A DNA stretch of 64,000 nt, from NCBI GenBank assembly GCA_964304625.1, contig OZ199839.1, positions 1,614,093-1,678,092 on the forward strand. Reading direction: 5' to 3'. The notes below the pieces were generated by a model. That model searched no databases and had not been told where the DNA came from. It saw nothing but the letters and a program-made list of their open reading frames with translations. A program made the position numbers and the translations under genes. Shown here piece by piece: positions 38,874 to 52,267 of this stretch. Numbering within the stretch: position 1 is the stretch's first letter; every line of letters starts with the position of its first letter. This stretch comes from Kudoa neothunni. Its lineage: Eukaryota; Animalia; Cnidaria.

Positions 38874-40429
38874 TAAATAACCAAAAAAAGATACACAATT
38901 TTACTAAAGCATCAATAATTGGAAATATGCTCAAACCGTTGATAACTGGACCAAGAGAAAATCCACCTTGTTTCAAAAATGTTGAAAAATTTCCGAATAA
39001 AAGACATTTTTCTATAATATCTAACTGAAATAAATCAGTCTTGTATCATCAAAAAAAGAAAAACTTTAATATTCCCTGAAAATGCAAGTTGCCATTACAA
39101 CAAGAAATTTAGGAACATAAAATTATTTTTATCAAAAACACAAGGGTGTCTTGCAACTTGATCAAGAGATTATTCATTCTTTTAAGTGCGCGTATAAAAC
39201 GAGAACGATCCAACGTTTTATATCATGCGTTTAGGCTGGCACTGATTCAATACTTCCAAATGTTTGAGGGACGAAGATACTCGTTCAAAAGTCTTAAGAA
39301 TGTGCCAAAGAAACGAAAGTAACCAATCGTTTTCGCAAAGCAGGATTTTCACCTTCAAAACAAAATTTTGTCGATAATAATGTTGAGAATTTGAATGTTC
39401 TTATTCGGATGAGAATAGTAATTTTGACGAATATAATGAAAAGGTAAAATATAGTTTAGATATTTATTAATATATTAATTTTTCTAATACTTTAAATATT
39501 GGTTAAGTTACCAATATTGACAACGACATTATAATCGATTCCGAAGCTCAAAAAGTTGAAGCGTCTGATAAAACACCAATTGAATTTAAGAAAGAATTTA
39601 AATTATTATTTCAATGCCTGAAAGGGAACCAATCTTCAAATTTGACCTCCACAGAGGAGGATATTTATGACATTATTTCCAAAAACTTAACTCACACAAG
39701 AATAAACAATTATTTTTCATTCGCATAACTTTATTGTACTTTTGATTATTTCTTTTCAATAAATGTAACGATTTTCAGAATAGAGGAAGGTGAAAAAATA
39801 AAAGAACTCCCCAACAATTCATTGTGTACAGTCAGTCAGCTTCCTACTGTATTCTGAAGAGAAAATTCTAAAAGGAACAAAACATCCCATTAATTTTCGA
39901 AAGGCGTATGAAAGATATATATGACATCCTTAAATTCAAACAACGCGGAAACGTTAAATCTTTACCTTTGCAAAGAATTCAATAAATGGTACTAAAAACT
40001 TAAAATTCTTCAAAGAATTAAAGATTAACCAAAGTAATAGTTGAAGAGGACATCAAATGCGACGTGCTTAATGTGGCAGATATTACAGATACGGCGATGT
40101 AAAGGCGAAATCTAGGTACTTTTAAAGAAATTTACAAAAATTATCATTCATATTATGATATGATTCACTTCCAGCTTAAAGAAAAGACATATTGTCTGGA
40201 AATTAATTGAATAGATTAATTTTAGTTCTTTTACCGTCGTTGAAGTATTGTGTACTTTTTACGCACGCATATTAACCCATTCATACGAATAACTTTCTTT
40301 TAAATTAATTAATAGTGGATAATTTTCTACAGTATTTTGTTTTTAATACAAGAGATAATTTGTTAAAATTACTTTTATTAACAATTTTATTTATGTTTGA
40401 GTATTAATTACAATTGTCTTTTTCCTCAT

Positions 40430-43050
40430 AGATCGGTTTCAACTGGCTTTATTATATTCACACTATTCGTAATTAGCTTATTTCTTTATTATATTCACTT
40501 TAAGGTTTTTTTGCGATTTTTTACTTACTTTTTGTATCTAAATATTTTTATATCTTTATATATCTTGTTTGACTGAAAACAGGAAATATTCGTTTTTCTT
40601 TCTATCTGATTCTCAATGGACCATGAATCTTCATCCTCATTGGGGTTTTAAGTATCGACAAAGTTAAAAATATTATTTGATGATTTCTTTGGTATCTAAG
40701 GAACCTTTTCAAAACCCGAATGCGAAGAGACCTAAAGGGAACTCACATGACAATATATGAGCTCATCAAATAACTGCATAAAGTGAAGACTAGGATTTAA
40801 GTTATAAGTTTAGTGATAGGAATCGCAGGATTACATAAATAAACATAAAAGATATACTTATTCTTATAGGAAATAGATAACGTAGTGACGAAAGTAACAA
40901 ACGAACTACTGGGTCACATTCTTAATCCTCAAAAGAAAAACATAATATTGAGGTGACTGTTGGTTTGATTCGAAATATAACCCATCCTAAAAATTTGAAG
41001 GTACAAACTTTATAATAAATGGAATTAATACAGATAAGAATTGAAGCTAATTGCGATTTTTCGCATATAATAGGTAAAAACAAGTACAATTAAGCGAGTT
41101 AGGACTCAGATAAGAAGTTGAAGAATTAATAATAAAACAAAACAACTTAATTATTTTATCCGAAAATAATAACGATAGTTACAAATAGAAAAAACTGAAT
41201 GTTAAGATTATTATATATTGGCGATACCTATCGTAATAGTATTAATTAATAGATCATAGGTAGTTAGTAGGACTGACTGTTGTCTTAACGCTTGATCGTC
41301 TGTTCTAGATCGGGCAATATCTACAAACATTATGAGTCTCAGACCTCGAAATAATGCAGCTTTTTCCACTTTGAAACCCGAGTGCGACATTGGAACACAG
41401 CGCCGCATTGGCGAGTTATCAGAAAAAATGAATGATATCTCGAATTTAGAAACCGTATAATTAGTTTAGTTTTGAAGCTATTTTGAGTGTTTAATTTGTG
41501 TATTAGGCAGGAACTGAAACCTATATTGATATATTGTCCACATTAACAAGAAACCGTGATTCAATTCCAGCTGACATAAACTCAGTCTCTAAATTGATAA
41601 GCCTACTGAATCTGGTGGCTGAGTATTGTACCACTATCACCCACATAAAACTTATGGAAAAACTTATATATCTCAATGAAATTCCTAGCAACCGGTAATA
41701 TTTTTGTTGGATAAATATGGAGACTAATATTGATCATGTAGAGACAAAGATAGTTCATGTACTGTTCATTTTAAAAGTATTTCTGTGTGTTATCGAAACA
41801 GGTCACTATCATATTGTTAATAGAATTAAGATATCCCATTATATACAAAAAAGAACACAGCTTTAAGAAATTTTCCGGTAACAAATATGCTTTAAATACA
41901 GAATCACTAATTGTGCGTATCTAGGACATCAACTGTTCTTTTTTTACACCATACAATGCGATTATTTTATTCTTAATTCCGGCTGCGTAGAGTTCAAACC
42001 TGAAACACCTATATTGGAATTTGATGAAATTGTTATGTATGATCAGCATTAATCGATATTATACTTCATTTTTTACAACCATCAAATAATAGACCATATA
42101 TGGACAAAAGTATGACTTTGGTGGGCACTCTTAATTATTTCTACATTCCACATGGTAATACCCTCCAAAAATACATGCAAAAGGTTAAAAAAGAAACCCT
42201 CACTGGATCAGAACAAGAGTTCCAACCTTGGTGCAAGTTTTCTGTCAAATTCGAGGATTTTGTTGGCATTGACTCTCCAATTTTCTATTCTAAAACTGAG
42301 AACTGTAATTAAAATCCACGTTTCTTACTCTTTACCATTCGATTTAATTCTACTTAAAATAAATAAACTTTTAGTTAATAACAAACTTGATAAATTCTTT
42401 CAACCCTGGAATGACGTCGCTATAACAACAACAGTTCTCTCTAAACATCAGGTCATCGTCAAATTCTCAGCTGTCGTCGAAATTATTGTAATCTAACTTA
42501 ATTCATTCGAATAAATATTTTATCAATGTTCTAATCTGATTTTTAGAACGACAAATTTAGTTGTTACAAACGACTTCACTTGCGACCAAATGGACTTACA
42601 GTAAGAAATAAAGATTCCGTTGGAGATTTCACTGTGGAATCACCTTTGATCACAATAACCAAAGTTTGTGGCTTTTAACAGTTTTTGCTGTAATCAAAAT
42701 TAACCAAATAGGATACAACCTACGAATTTCAGGATGAAGAGGAATCAGTTCGTGTAAAAATTTACACCGATCAAACAATAGCCGACATTAGATTCTATAA
42801 TAGTCAAGAAGCTTTTCAAATGATTAGATCTTTAAAAGAATACAAAGAATCCTACCCTGTAATCATACAATAATAAAATGATAGCATTGGTTTGAATTTT
42901 TTAGGTATTTGGTGATACGTTAGCGATTTCAATGGAGGAACCTCCAAAATGCTATCATCTTTTAAATAAGGCAGTTGAAAATCCTAGCAACTTTTTCGAC
43001 AGTATTAGTTCGTTGATGTTTTAACAGATACCTTACAATCATCATTCAAT
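40430..43050 (+). pseudogene. Orphan multi-exon gene or pseudogene, function unknown
   Basis: A chain of GC-richer blocks bounded by AG/GT, e.g. 40952-41000 VTVGLIRNITHPKNLK, 41507-41694 (about 62 open codons) and 42093-42304. A few in-frame stops (about 41294, about 41864). No recognisable domain. Confidence 0.4.
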
Positions 43051-44038
43051 CTGGCGATGCTTTTCCTAGATTCTATTATAATTATATAGTTAAGTTGTGA
43101 TAATTTTTTTTATTTTTGTATTATTATTTTTTCTAATTGCGAAATTAAAGTTCTTGTATATTCTTTTAACTTTCATGGTAATTTAAACATATATATTTCA
43201 CGTGGTTTACTACGTTCCTTTTTTTGCTTGCTAATTGCATTATTAATAAATGATTTGCAGGTCCTTTCTTATCTTTTTCTATTGATTTCAACAAAAAATT
43301 TCCAATATTTCTCATATTCCCACAGAGAATATTTATTAAGTTTCAAACAAAAACGGCTCGCCGAACGATAGATAGGTGTTGAACTTTAATAGGTGACCTT
43401 GGACTCGACCAGCCCACCCAGATTAATTTCTGTCCTTTATTTGATTATATTTTAAGCTGTATTTGCTTGTTTTAAGACGTTATTAGGCGACAAAAAATGC
43501 ATGATGTACAATAAATAATTCATTTTTGGGAACACTCAAACAGGTAAGTGTTTTTATGGAGTGCTCGTTACATATAATGTTGTTACACACGTCGCATACT
43601 TGTTTGCACCGCCTAATGATGCGTGTAGGACATGAACTACATCATTTCCGGCCATTTATATTGTTAGCTACCATAAATGGCGTATGATTCTCATTGAATT
43701 TGAACCTAATTTCTTCAAGAGAACGCTTAAAGGAGGGTTGATATCCAATTTTGTTGTCTTCAGCTCCTCTCTTCTAGTGACTCACAATCAAAGAAGCGAA
43801 TAAGTCCACTAAAAATTGTTATCGGCGATTAGGTTTATCTTTTAAATATTCCGGAATTCTTTGAAAAGACAATAAATGAACTAAAAACAGCCACCTCAAT
43901 AATTTGTTAGTAGATAATTGATTTGAGAAATTCGAACCTGACATAGATACACTTATTGTGCAATGGAGAGATTAACTTTTAAATAAAATAAAGCATATTT
44001 TTATCGTCATAATCGCTTTTGGCTGAACATCAACTTAA

Positions 44039-46474
44039 GCCTCCAAGCACGCCAAAAACGACTATACACCAAGCAGTTTTTCATCTCAATTCACTGCTTA
44101 CTGAAAACATTAAATCGGCTAGGTCAAATCATTATTCTTTTAAAAGTTTCTATATAATTTAATTTTAAAATTATGATTTTTTTGTTTGTTATGATTTTAT
44201 GTCAAAGCTTACGCCAAGCAGTTTTGGGGTCCATGAGGACCCCACGTTTTTATTTCATAGAAACATTCATAAAATTATAAGAAATAAAATTTTTTAATCT
44301 TGAAAGGTCACATCAACTAAATAATGAGAAAAATCAAAGTCTGCGTCTCCGACATTGTCCGAGTGATACCGCCTGTCGTTAGAAATGGAACAATTATATG
44401 ATGGTTTTCTAACAAGTGATGACTCTGATTGTAGCAAAATTGAAGTTTCTATTGAAGAATATTTCTCTTCATCTAGCTGTGATAGTTCGGATGATGATTG
44501 CGTCCCTGACATGTATAGGGACAAAAACAATGTGCTATGGTCTTCAGTTGTACCTTCAAATACAAAAGTTAAAAAAGAAAACATCTTCAACAAACCTCTA
44601 GGTTTGACCACATTTGTAACATCCCGAATTTGCAATTTACAGGACTGTTTTTCTATTTTTTTTGATGATGAGTTTTTCAATTCAGTCATTATTCACACTA
44701 ACAAATTTGGTGCATTTCATTACGGTAAAAAATGGAAAGATCTGAATGTGGTGGAATTTAAATCATATATAGGAATTCTAATATATATGTCAATCTTTAA
44801 GGCTAAAATGGAATCTCTTAAGCAGCTATGGAGTTTGAATAAAGGGCGTGACATATTTCGTAGAATTATGTCATTATATGGATTCACCCAAGTAAATAGA
44901 AGTCTGAGGCGAGAAAATGATAAGTTTTGCCCTGTAACCGATGTTTTCAATTGATGGAAAAACATTTTGCCGATGTGTGTAATTCCTTCTGCTGGTCTTA
45001 CTGTCGATGAACAGTTAGTTGCATTTAGGGACAGGTGTCCCTTTAGGCAGTATATGCTCTCTAAGCCTGCAGTTTATGGCATTATGTTCTTTCTTTTAAC
45101 TGACCTTCGTACCGACTATACACACAATATTTCCGTTTATCTTGGAAAAACCAATAACGAAATTAACAAATGTGTCGGTGGAAAGGTCGTCTTAGAGCTC
45201 TCGTCGCATTTAAAAGGATCTGGAAGAAACATTGTTTGTGACAATTTTTTTACCTCCATTCCGTTGGCAAACAAACTTCTTAACCTTGGCTTAACCCTTC
45301 TAGGGATTATCCGCCATAATAAATGAGACATTCCATTAATTCTTAAAGCTAGGAAATCGAGAGAGGTTTTTAGTTCTATATTCGTTTTTCATGAAAAAAA
45401 TGATGATGTCGTATGTTCCAAAGAGGAACAGAGCGGTCATTTTATTGGCTACATCCTCAAACAATGTCGATTTACGCCAAGCTAAGACAAAAAAGCCCCA
45501 GGTTATGACTGATTATAACAAAACTAAGGGAGGTGTGGATACGGTAGATCGTATCCTGTCCATGACTAGAGTAAAAAGATACACCGGGAGGTGGCCTATG
45601 GTGGTTTTTTATATGATCGATATAAGTTTACTCAATTCATTTTATCTATTTAAAACAATATTTAGTAAGTCTAATATTTGTAGAAGCAATTATTCAGAAC
45701 AACTTGCAGACTCATTAGTGGAGCCCACCAACAACCCAACTGTACTGATTTCGACTGATGGAACCGTGAAGTCCATGACGAAAAAAAGATGTAGCTTATG
45801 CGCTCGACTGTCCGATACAAAAACAAAGAACCAATGTTACAGCTGCTCCCAATTCTGTTGCAACAAACATTCGAGAACTATATTTAGTTCCTTATTATAT
45901 ACTTCATCATTAGTTTTGATTCGTTTTTCGCTTAGTTAAGGATCATATTAATTATTTGATAAATAATTTCTAATCCGTATCTTATCTTAATGATTGACTT
46001 ATGTATGCCAGTAACCGTAGATTTTCTTAACTCATTCATATTTTAAAAAATACCAGTTAAGCAATATTTTATAATTATTAGAAAAATTTCATTGAATAAC
46101 TTTTAGAATCGGTAAAATCGCAATCATGTTGCCGAAAGAGAATATATATGTTTTGAGATATTAGAGAAATTTAATAAGTTCTATTATCTTTTATATATCT
46201 AGATAACATTGTAAAAAAATCATAAGGTGTACTTAAAAAGACTTTTATTAATATTTAAATATTTAATATTAATTAATAAATGTTCGTCTGACTTCGACCG
46301 CCATCGTCCCACTAATAAATTATAATTATTTCGTTATCGCGCCTATAAAAAACATTGTTAAAGAATGAAATTGTATATCACACTATTATGTATCAAAATA
46401 AGCAATAAAAATCTGGGGTCCTACTGGACCCCAAAACTGCTTGGTGTATAGTCGTTTTTGACATGCTTGGAAGG
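44039..46474 (+). mobile_element. piggyBac DNA transposon, decayed
   Basis: TTAA at 44035-44038 and 46475-46478. About 42-bp TIR (..TCCAAGCAcGcCAAAAACGACTATACACCAAGCAGTTTT) plus an internal GGGGTCC..GGACCCC repeat. Confidence 0.95.
44385..45939 (+). pseudogene. piggyBac transposase (PGBD4-like) pseudogene
   Basis: TVDEQLVAFRDRCPFRQY, VCDNFFTS, KGGVDTVD and CRD RCSLC..CYSC..CCNKH. Two TGA stops, a frameshift and a small deletion. Confidence 0.92.
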
Positions 46475-48058
46475 TTAATGCCAGAAACAAATCTCATGAT
46501 AAACAATACCACGGGTAAACTAATAATGGTCAGGTGTCATCAGATAATATAAAGTACGATGTACAAGTTACTATGCATATTATAAGTTACGCCCAAACAC
46601 ATTATAATTAATAAATTATCAATATTTCAACATTTTCCAGAAATCGAGTCAGAATCGAAAACAAAGGATATCTTTGACATTGATAACCTTCGATAGGATT
46701 GGTGAAATAATTTAATTATCTTCATATTCTCTTAAATTGTTAACTCTAGAGTAGATAGTTCATATTACCACTTTTTTATATGATTTATTTAATTGACATA
46801 CCATAGAAATTAATAGTTGAAATAAATTTCAGAATATTTTTGTTTGAATCAATTGGTGTTTTAAGGAATATAAAATGAAAATTTGTTACATTAAAATATC
46901 ATTGAAAGTTACCTTTTGACAGAGGATTACCAGAAATCTAAACCAATTACGTAAATTTTGTGAGTAGAAAAACACAAATATGTACGTTGTCGGGAACACT
47001 TGAAGTCCACTCCGTCCCAGGCAGGTTTATTGATTCGTTTATTGTTACACACAAAATATCACGCCCAGCCTTTTTTAAAAACTCCGCATCTCACGCCAAA
47101 TCATGTTCACACTCTCGTTGTCACCCATAACGTTATTATATTAGGCTCACTTATTTCATCACGGCCACGGTTTTTAGAAAATATAATTATAACTCCAATA
47201 TCATATTTTATAGCTTAAGGCGTTAATAAAACGAAACTTAAATGTCAGAGAAACCAATCCGTTTTAGCTTATATTTCAGAAGGCACATTATAAATTAATT
47301 TTATAAGTATTCTATTTTATTTTTAAATCGTGCATTATAAATAAATCGAGAGAAACTGTAAAAAATTCTGTTGAGGTCGCTGGCACAACCACCGTAAATC
47401 CTCATTACTAACTGTAGGCATCGCTTAAAATCGAATTTGTTTTACCTCAACGAAATTTTTTGATATAAATATGCAATCAAATATTAAATTCATAATAAAA
47501 TATTGCCGACGGTATTTGGTTAATTGTCCAGTTGCTGTAGATATTCAAAATAAATCGTACTGTTGTTGGTATTAATGTATACTTAAAATAAATTAACTAA
47601 AATAAAAAGTTGTACGCCGAATAAAATTCCTTAATTTAATTAATAAAAATATTCATCTCTTTATATTTATCAAATTATCTCAATATTAATTTCCTGTTCT
47701 AATGTAAGAAATATATAAATTTTGCTCATATTTGAACGTATAACTTAAGTTTTAAAATTTCATTCATGGCTAGAGATTTGAGAAAATTTTGTTATATTTT
47801 AATATACACACAAAAGAAACCTTATGATAACACTATTAAAGATTTATAAAATTAAAATTTTTGTTGTTTTACCATAGCATTCAGCCGTTAAATATTCTTT
47901 TAATTGATTTACTTGGTTTTTCAATTTATCTGCAACAACTATGCTAAACCACTAAACTAAAGTGATTATCAATGTTATAATACGAAGCTTACATGATAAT
48001 ATAAAGAACACTATCTATATAAGCAAAGTAATTCGAGCTTGCTCACAATAACTGTGAA

Positions 48059-49108
48059 ATGTTTGCTTGGCTAGCTATAACACTATGTAAGTTTATTTTC
48101 TCTTTCGCAAATTTAATCACTCGTAGGTCTTATAAATTTGATACTGACATACTCAAATACTGATGTAATAATAAATTAGATAAAGTATTTACCTTTGTAG
48201 GTGGCTATAGGACAAATGCTAACTTTGGGAGGCCCTTTTAAGAACCTCACAAGGGAAAAGACTATACAACATATTAAAAAACATTTTGGTTGTGAATCCC
48301 AATATGTCAGTGAAATTTTTTCATCAATTAGTAACAATTCCTTCATTAGATTACTTGTGAAGAAATCGAAGGGATAGTCGATCACATACTTGATCATATA
48401 GTTGCTGACCCAAATATATGTGTAAGTGGGGCTGAATGTAATAACAAAGAAGGTACACAATAACTGATTAATTTTTTCTAACTACATGCTTTATTTTTTG
48501 GCAGTAAAAAGTATGGAAGAAACTTTTTGCGTGACATGCTTAGTAAATTCGATTTTCAGGCGATTTTACGTTTTTTAGACTCTCATACTTATGGATTCCT
48601 TTGAAATTGATCATATAATCTCCGATCTCGTTTTCAAGCTATTAAAGGAAAAAATACATGGGAAGTTAATTCCCGATGAGGTTACTGTCTAAAATATAAT
48701 GTTTTTATACATTAATAAATATAGATTACTTCAACAATCGTCGGTGACTTGTACAAAAAGCGCAATAACGTATGTGAAACAGTTCGTTTATGTTCAGGGA
48801 AAACCATCAAATTTCTGAGTTATCTTTCATCAATAACATCACCAATGTTCAATGATAGAGTAAGTTGTTTAAAAATGTATTTCTCTAATGAAAAACAGAT
48901 AAGAAATAAATTGAGATACTCTGTTTGCGATGATAATAGGAAATGCAGCGCCTTACATGATTATAAGGGGTTACATTCGAGAGTCAAGAATGCTACTGTG
49001 GGAAGTAAATTAATTAATAATTAAATAAGTTATTCACGTGTTAACACCACAGATACGAATTCCTATGATGAAGTTGGCAGCTCACATCTTGCTCCTAACT
49101 ATGCATAA
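48059..49108 (+). CDS. Cys-rich saposin-like protein, paralogue A (8 exons, probably secreted)
   Basis: Spliced: MFAWLAITLCLINLILTYSNTD|VAIG..HFGCESQY|ITCEEIEGIVDHILDHIVADPNICVSGAECNNKE|VKSMEETFCVTCL|TLILMD..PDE|ITS..NVCETVRLC..MFNDR|IRNKLRYSVCDDNRKC.. All introns are GT-AG and in phase. Stop at 49024, or 49108 if an extra intron exists. The true start may lie upstream. Confidence 0.7.
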
Positions 49109-50056
49109 GCGATTTACTTTCTCTCCAAATACTCTAGAATATGAAATAGAATTATCATAGTAGTCCTCAATTACATATCTTTAGTCACTACTAGTTATTA
49201 TACATCGTTTAGTCATTTATTAAATCTATTTGTACGTAAGTGCGTAAATAATTTTTTCGAAAAAATGAAGTTATCTAAACAGGGGTATATTTTTGTGTTA
49301 TTGATTAACCAAACTAAGGGAGCCAGTGCGAATATAAAACTAAATAAAAATCATGGCTTATTTTCCGTTGATTTTTGTTTAAATTTTTGAATTGGGTAAT
49401 TTGTAATAGCGTAATTTCATTTCCTTATGTAGAGCTAAACTGTTTATAATAAACCTTATTCCAAAAAATGTGCATATTAAAATTACTTTTTAGGTTTATT
49501 TTTATTTTTTAGCTTACAAACTTTATTTGGCGACAAATATAACTACCAATTAATATTATTCATCATTCCTCCGAACAATCAAATTTTATTGACCCGATTT
49601 AATAATCATTCGCGTTTATAATTTCCTATTTAACGAAACAATTCCTAAACGAGAATATAAAAAATATGGAAACTTTATGTATACATGTTAATCACTATTA
49701 GTCAGGTCTTTAAATATTTAATGGAACAATAAAACTGGTAATTTAATGAATGTAGATGAATTTTATGGGAAACTTGCAATTTTTTCTCGGTGGTCGGATT
49801 AAAAATGTCTAGCCAGACGAAATATCGTGGGAATCGGATCCGACCCTCGGTCATATTATATTCGTCCCCGATCTATCTCATAGTCAATGAATTTGCTGAC
49901 GTGTGATGAGACGAGATAATTTTTTTGAAATTTTTTCAACCAAAAGTAAATGAATCTGGATTCCAGTTTAAAGATTAATTTTACTTGGTTTAACTATATG
50001 TATGCAAACTGGTTCAACTATAACGTTCAATATTATTTTTTAACAAAATCTTTTAA

Positions 50057-52267
50057 CTTCCGAGCGATTCTGGGGTCTAATAGACTCCAGAGCTTATTGG
50101 AACGATATTTTAGTGTACTTTCTGATATAGAGAATGTTCGATATATCGTCTATTCTTCCAAAAATATTATTTTTATACAATGCTTAATTAAATTTAAAAA
50201 ATTATATTAGTGATAAATAAACAATTTTTATACAATTGGTGCTTTTGGGGTCTATTAGACTCCACAATTTTATTTCATCAACAAGTAAAGAAAAATGATT
50301 TCTAATTAAAATTTAAGAGAATTCTATCGATTAATTTACTAGAAATTAAAGGATCAAACATACTGATACTTGCAAGAAATACCGAACAAAGTCCTATTTT
50401 AAGACATGAGTGACTACGATTGCATGCTTTCCAGTGAAAACAATAGCGATTGTAGTTAAATCCTTGACACTGAAGAATATAATGATTTAGAATTATTATC
50501 ATCCAATTCTGATGATGATGTATACGTTAATACACCTTGTATGCATTTAAATAAAAACAACGAATCATGGTCTATCGAAATACCCATATCTTCCGAAACA
50601 CGGAAGGAGAACATAACGGATAAGGCTCCGGGAATTACTGCCTATGCAGCGAACAGAATAGTTGCGTTAGTTGATTGCCATCACATATTTTTAGACGTCA
50701 ATTTCTACGATATCATTGTCAGAAATACAAAAAAATTTGGATTCCAACATTATCTTGAATCACGAAAAGAGTTGTCATGTTTAGAGTTTCATGCTTACAT
50801 TGGCATTCTTTTATACATGGCGATATATAAATCTAAACTAGAATCTATTAAATCCTTATGGAGTGTAGACAAAGGTTGACCCATATTTCGTACAATAATG
50901 CCTTTACATAGATTTATTGAAATAACGTGGGATCCACATTTTAATGACTTTGAAACGAGGCTTCAGCGAAGAGAAAATAAGGCGATAAGTTTTGCTCAAT
51001 TCGAGAAATTTTTGAGAATTGGAAAGGGGTACTGTCTAAAAGCCTATTTATGCAGTACATACCTTCAAAATCGGCAGTTTGTTGCATCAAATTTTTTTGT
51101 TGATTGATCCTGCAACTAATTATTGCCATAATATATCCATTTACCTAGGTAAAGTCAATAATCAAAAGGCCAAATGCTTAGGAGAGAGTGTTGTACTGGA
51201 TCTGGTTTCTTATTTCGATCTAGTGGTAGAAGTATTGTTTTCAACAATTTTTTACTTCAGTACCCCTCTCCGATATGTTATTAAAACTTGGACTCACAAT
51301 GTTTGGTACCATCAGATCTAATAAACGTGATATTCCTGAGGTAAAGAATGCCAATAGATCGCGGGATTTGTACAGTTCACGTTTTCTTTTTAATGGGAAA
51401 GAATACTGATATCATACGCATAAAAAAAGTAAAGCGGTTTTAATGTTGGCAACGTCAACAAATAATACCAGTTTATCTAATGATGCATACAGAAAGTTAA
51501 ATGTCATTAGTTCCTACAACAAAACCAAAGATGGGGTTGACATCGTTGATAGAATACTCGCGTCAACTAGCGTTAAGAGATATTCGAACCGTTGGCCAAC
51601 TGTGGTTTTTTTCAATATCTTAGATATAGGTTTAATTAATGCATTTCACACGTATAAAATTGTATTTAGTGGCAGTAAAATTACAGGATCCAAATTCCTC
51701 GAGAATTTAGCAGATGAACTGTCAAACTGTTTTGGAACATTAAACGACCTAATATTCCAACAGAAACGTTCAATAGAGTCGACGAAAACTTCTCAAAATT
51801 CATAAAAAAATGCTACATATGTTCAAGAAGCAGCGACATTAAAACAGGAAACACCTGTATTGTATGCTCACAGTATTGTTGTGAGCAACACTCCAAACCC
51901 GCTTGTTTTAACTGTTCATTAGAGACCAATAAATAACTCAAATTATCTAGTAGTATACACTTTTGTGTGCTTTAAAAATTTCATAATTTTGTTATTAGCG
52001 CCAAATAGGAATTAAAACGATTTGGACTGTCCATAAATCTCAGAGTTAAATGATTAGTAACATTATTTTTGTGCTCAGCACAACTAGCGCTACCACATGA
52101 GAAATGTTTATTATGATAACTTTGAAACTATTCGGTAGATGTTTTATACAACATATTGAAAATAAGTTTTATCATAATAATTACAACAAATTATACCAAT
52201 AAAAATATGGGGTCTAATAAACCTCAAAAGCACCAAGGGTACAGTGTTTTTTGAGGCGGTCGGAAGG
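50057..52267 (+). mobile_element. piggyBac DNA transposon, decayed (transposase about 50407-51935)
   Basis: TTAA at 50053-50056 and 52268-52271. TIR CTTCCGAGCG / (rc) CCTTCCGACCG. GGGGTCTAATAGACTCC palindromes. Motifs YNKTKDGVDIVD, RWPTVVFFNILD and CRD CYICSR..CIVC..CCEQH. Confidence 0.92.

Larger units (their letters stand above)
35300..39849 (+). mobile_element. Old pogo/Tigger element split by two adjacent Tigger insertions
   Basis: GWFRGLKYRY..HRESVGVD..FYNINENSSFYRK at 35555-35735 continues after 38876 as KITKKRYTILL and LQLDQEIIHSFK (about 39150). Possible right end CTACTG|TA at about 39849. Left end not located. Confidence 0.7.

Noticed and set aside
41215-41270. IGDTY..VVS resembling the nucleotidyl cyclase motif IGDAYMVVSG
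   Set aside because: The splice phase does not join the two parts and no other cyclase motifs are visible.
44950-50880. Arg-to-TGA stops in piggyBac ORFs as evidence of CpG methylation
   Set aside because: Only three cases, and AGA-to-TGA is equally possible. Needs consensus-based mutation spectra.
1-52000. In-frame TAA/TAG/TGA codons in several long frames, suggesting stop-codon reassignment
   Set aside because: All three stop types occur, alongside frameshifts and mostly in decayed TEs. MCM6, MAEA and paralogue B read through cleanly and end at TAG, TAA and TGA respectively.
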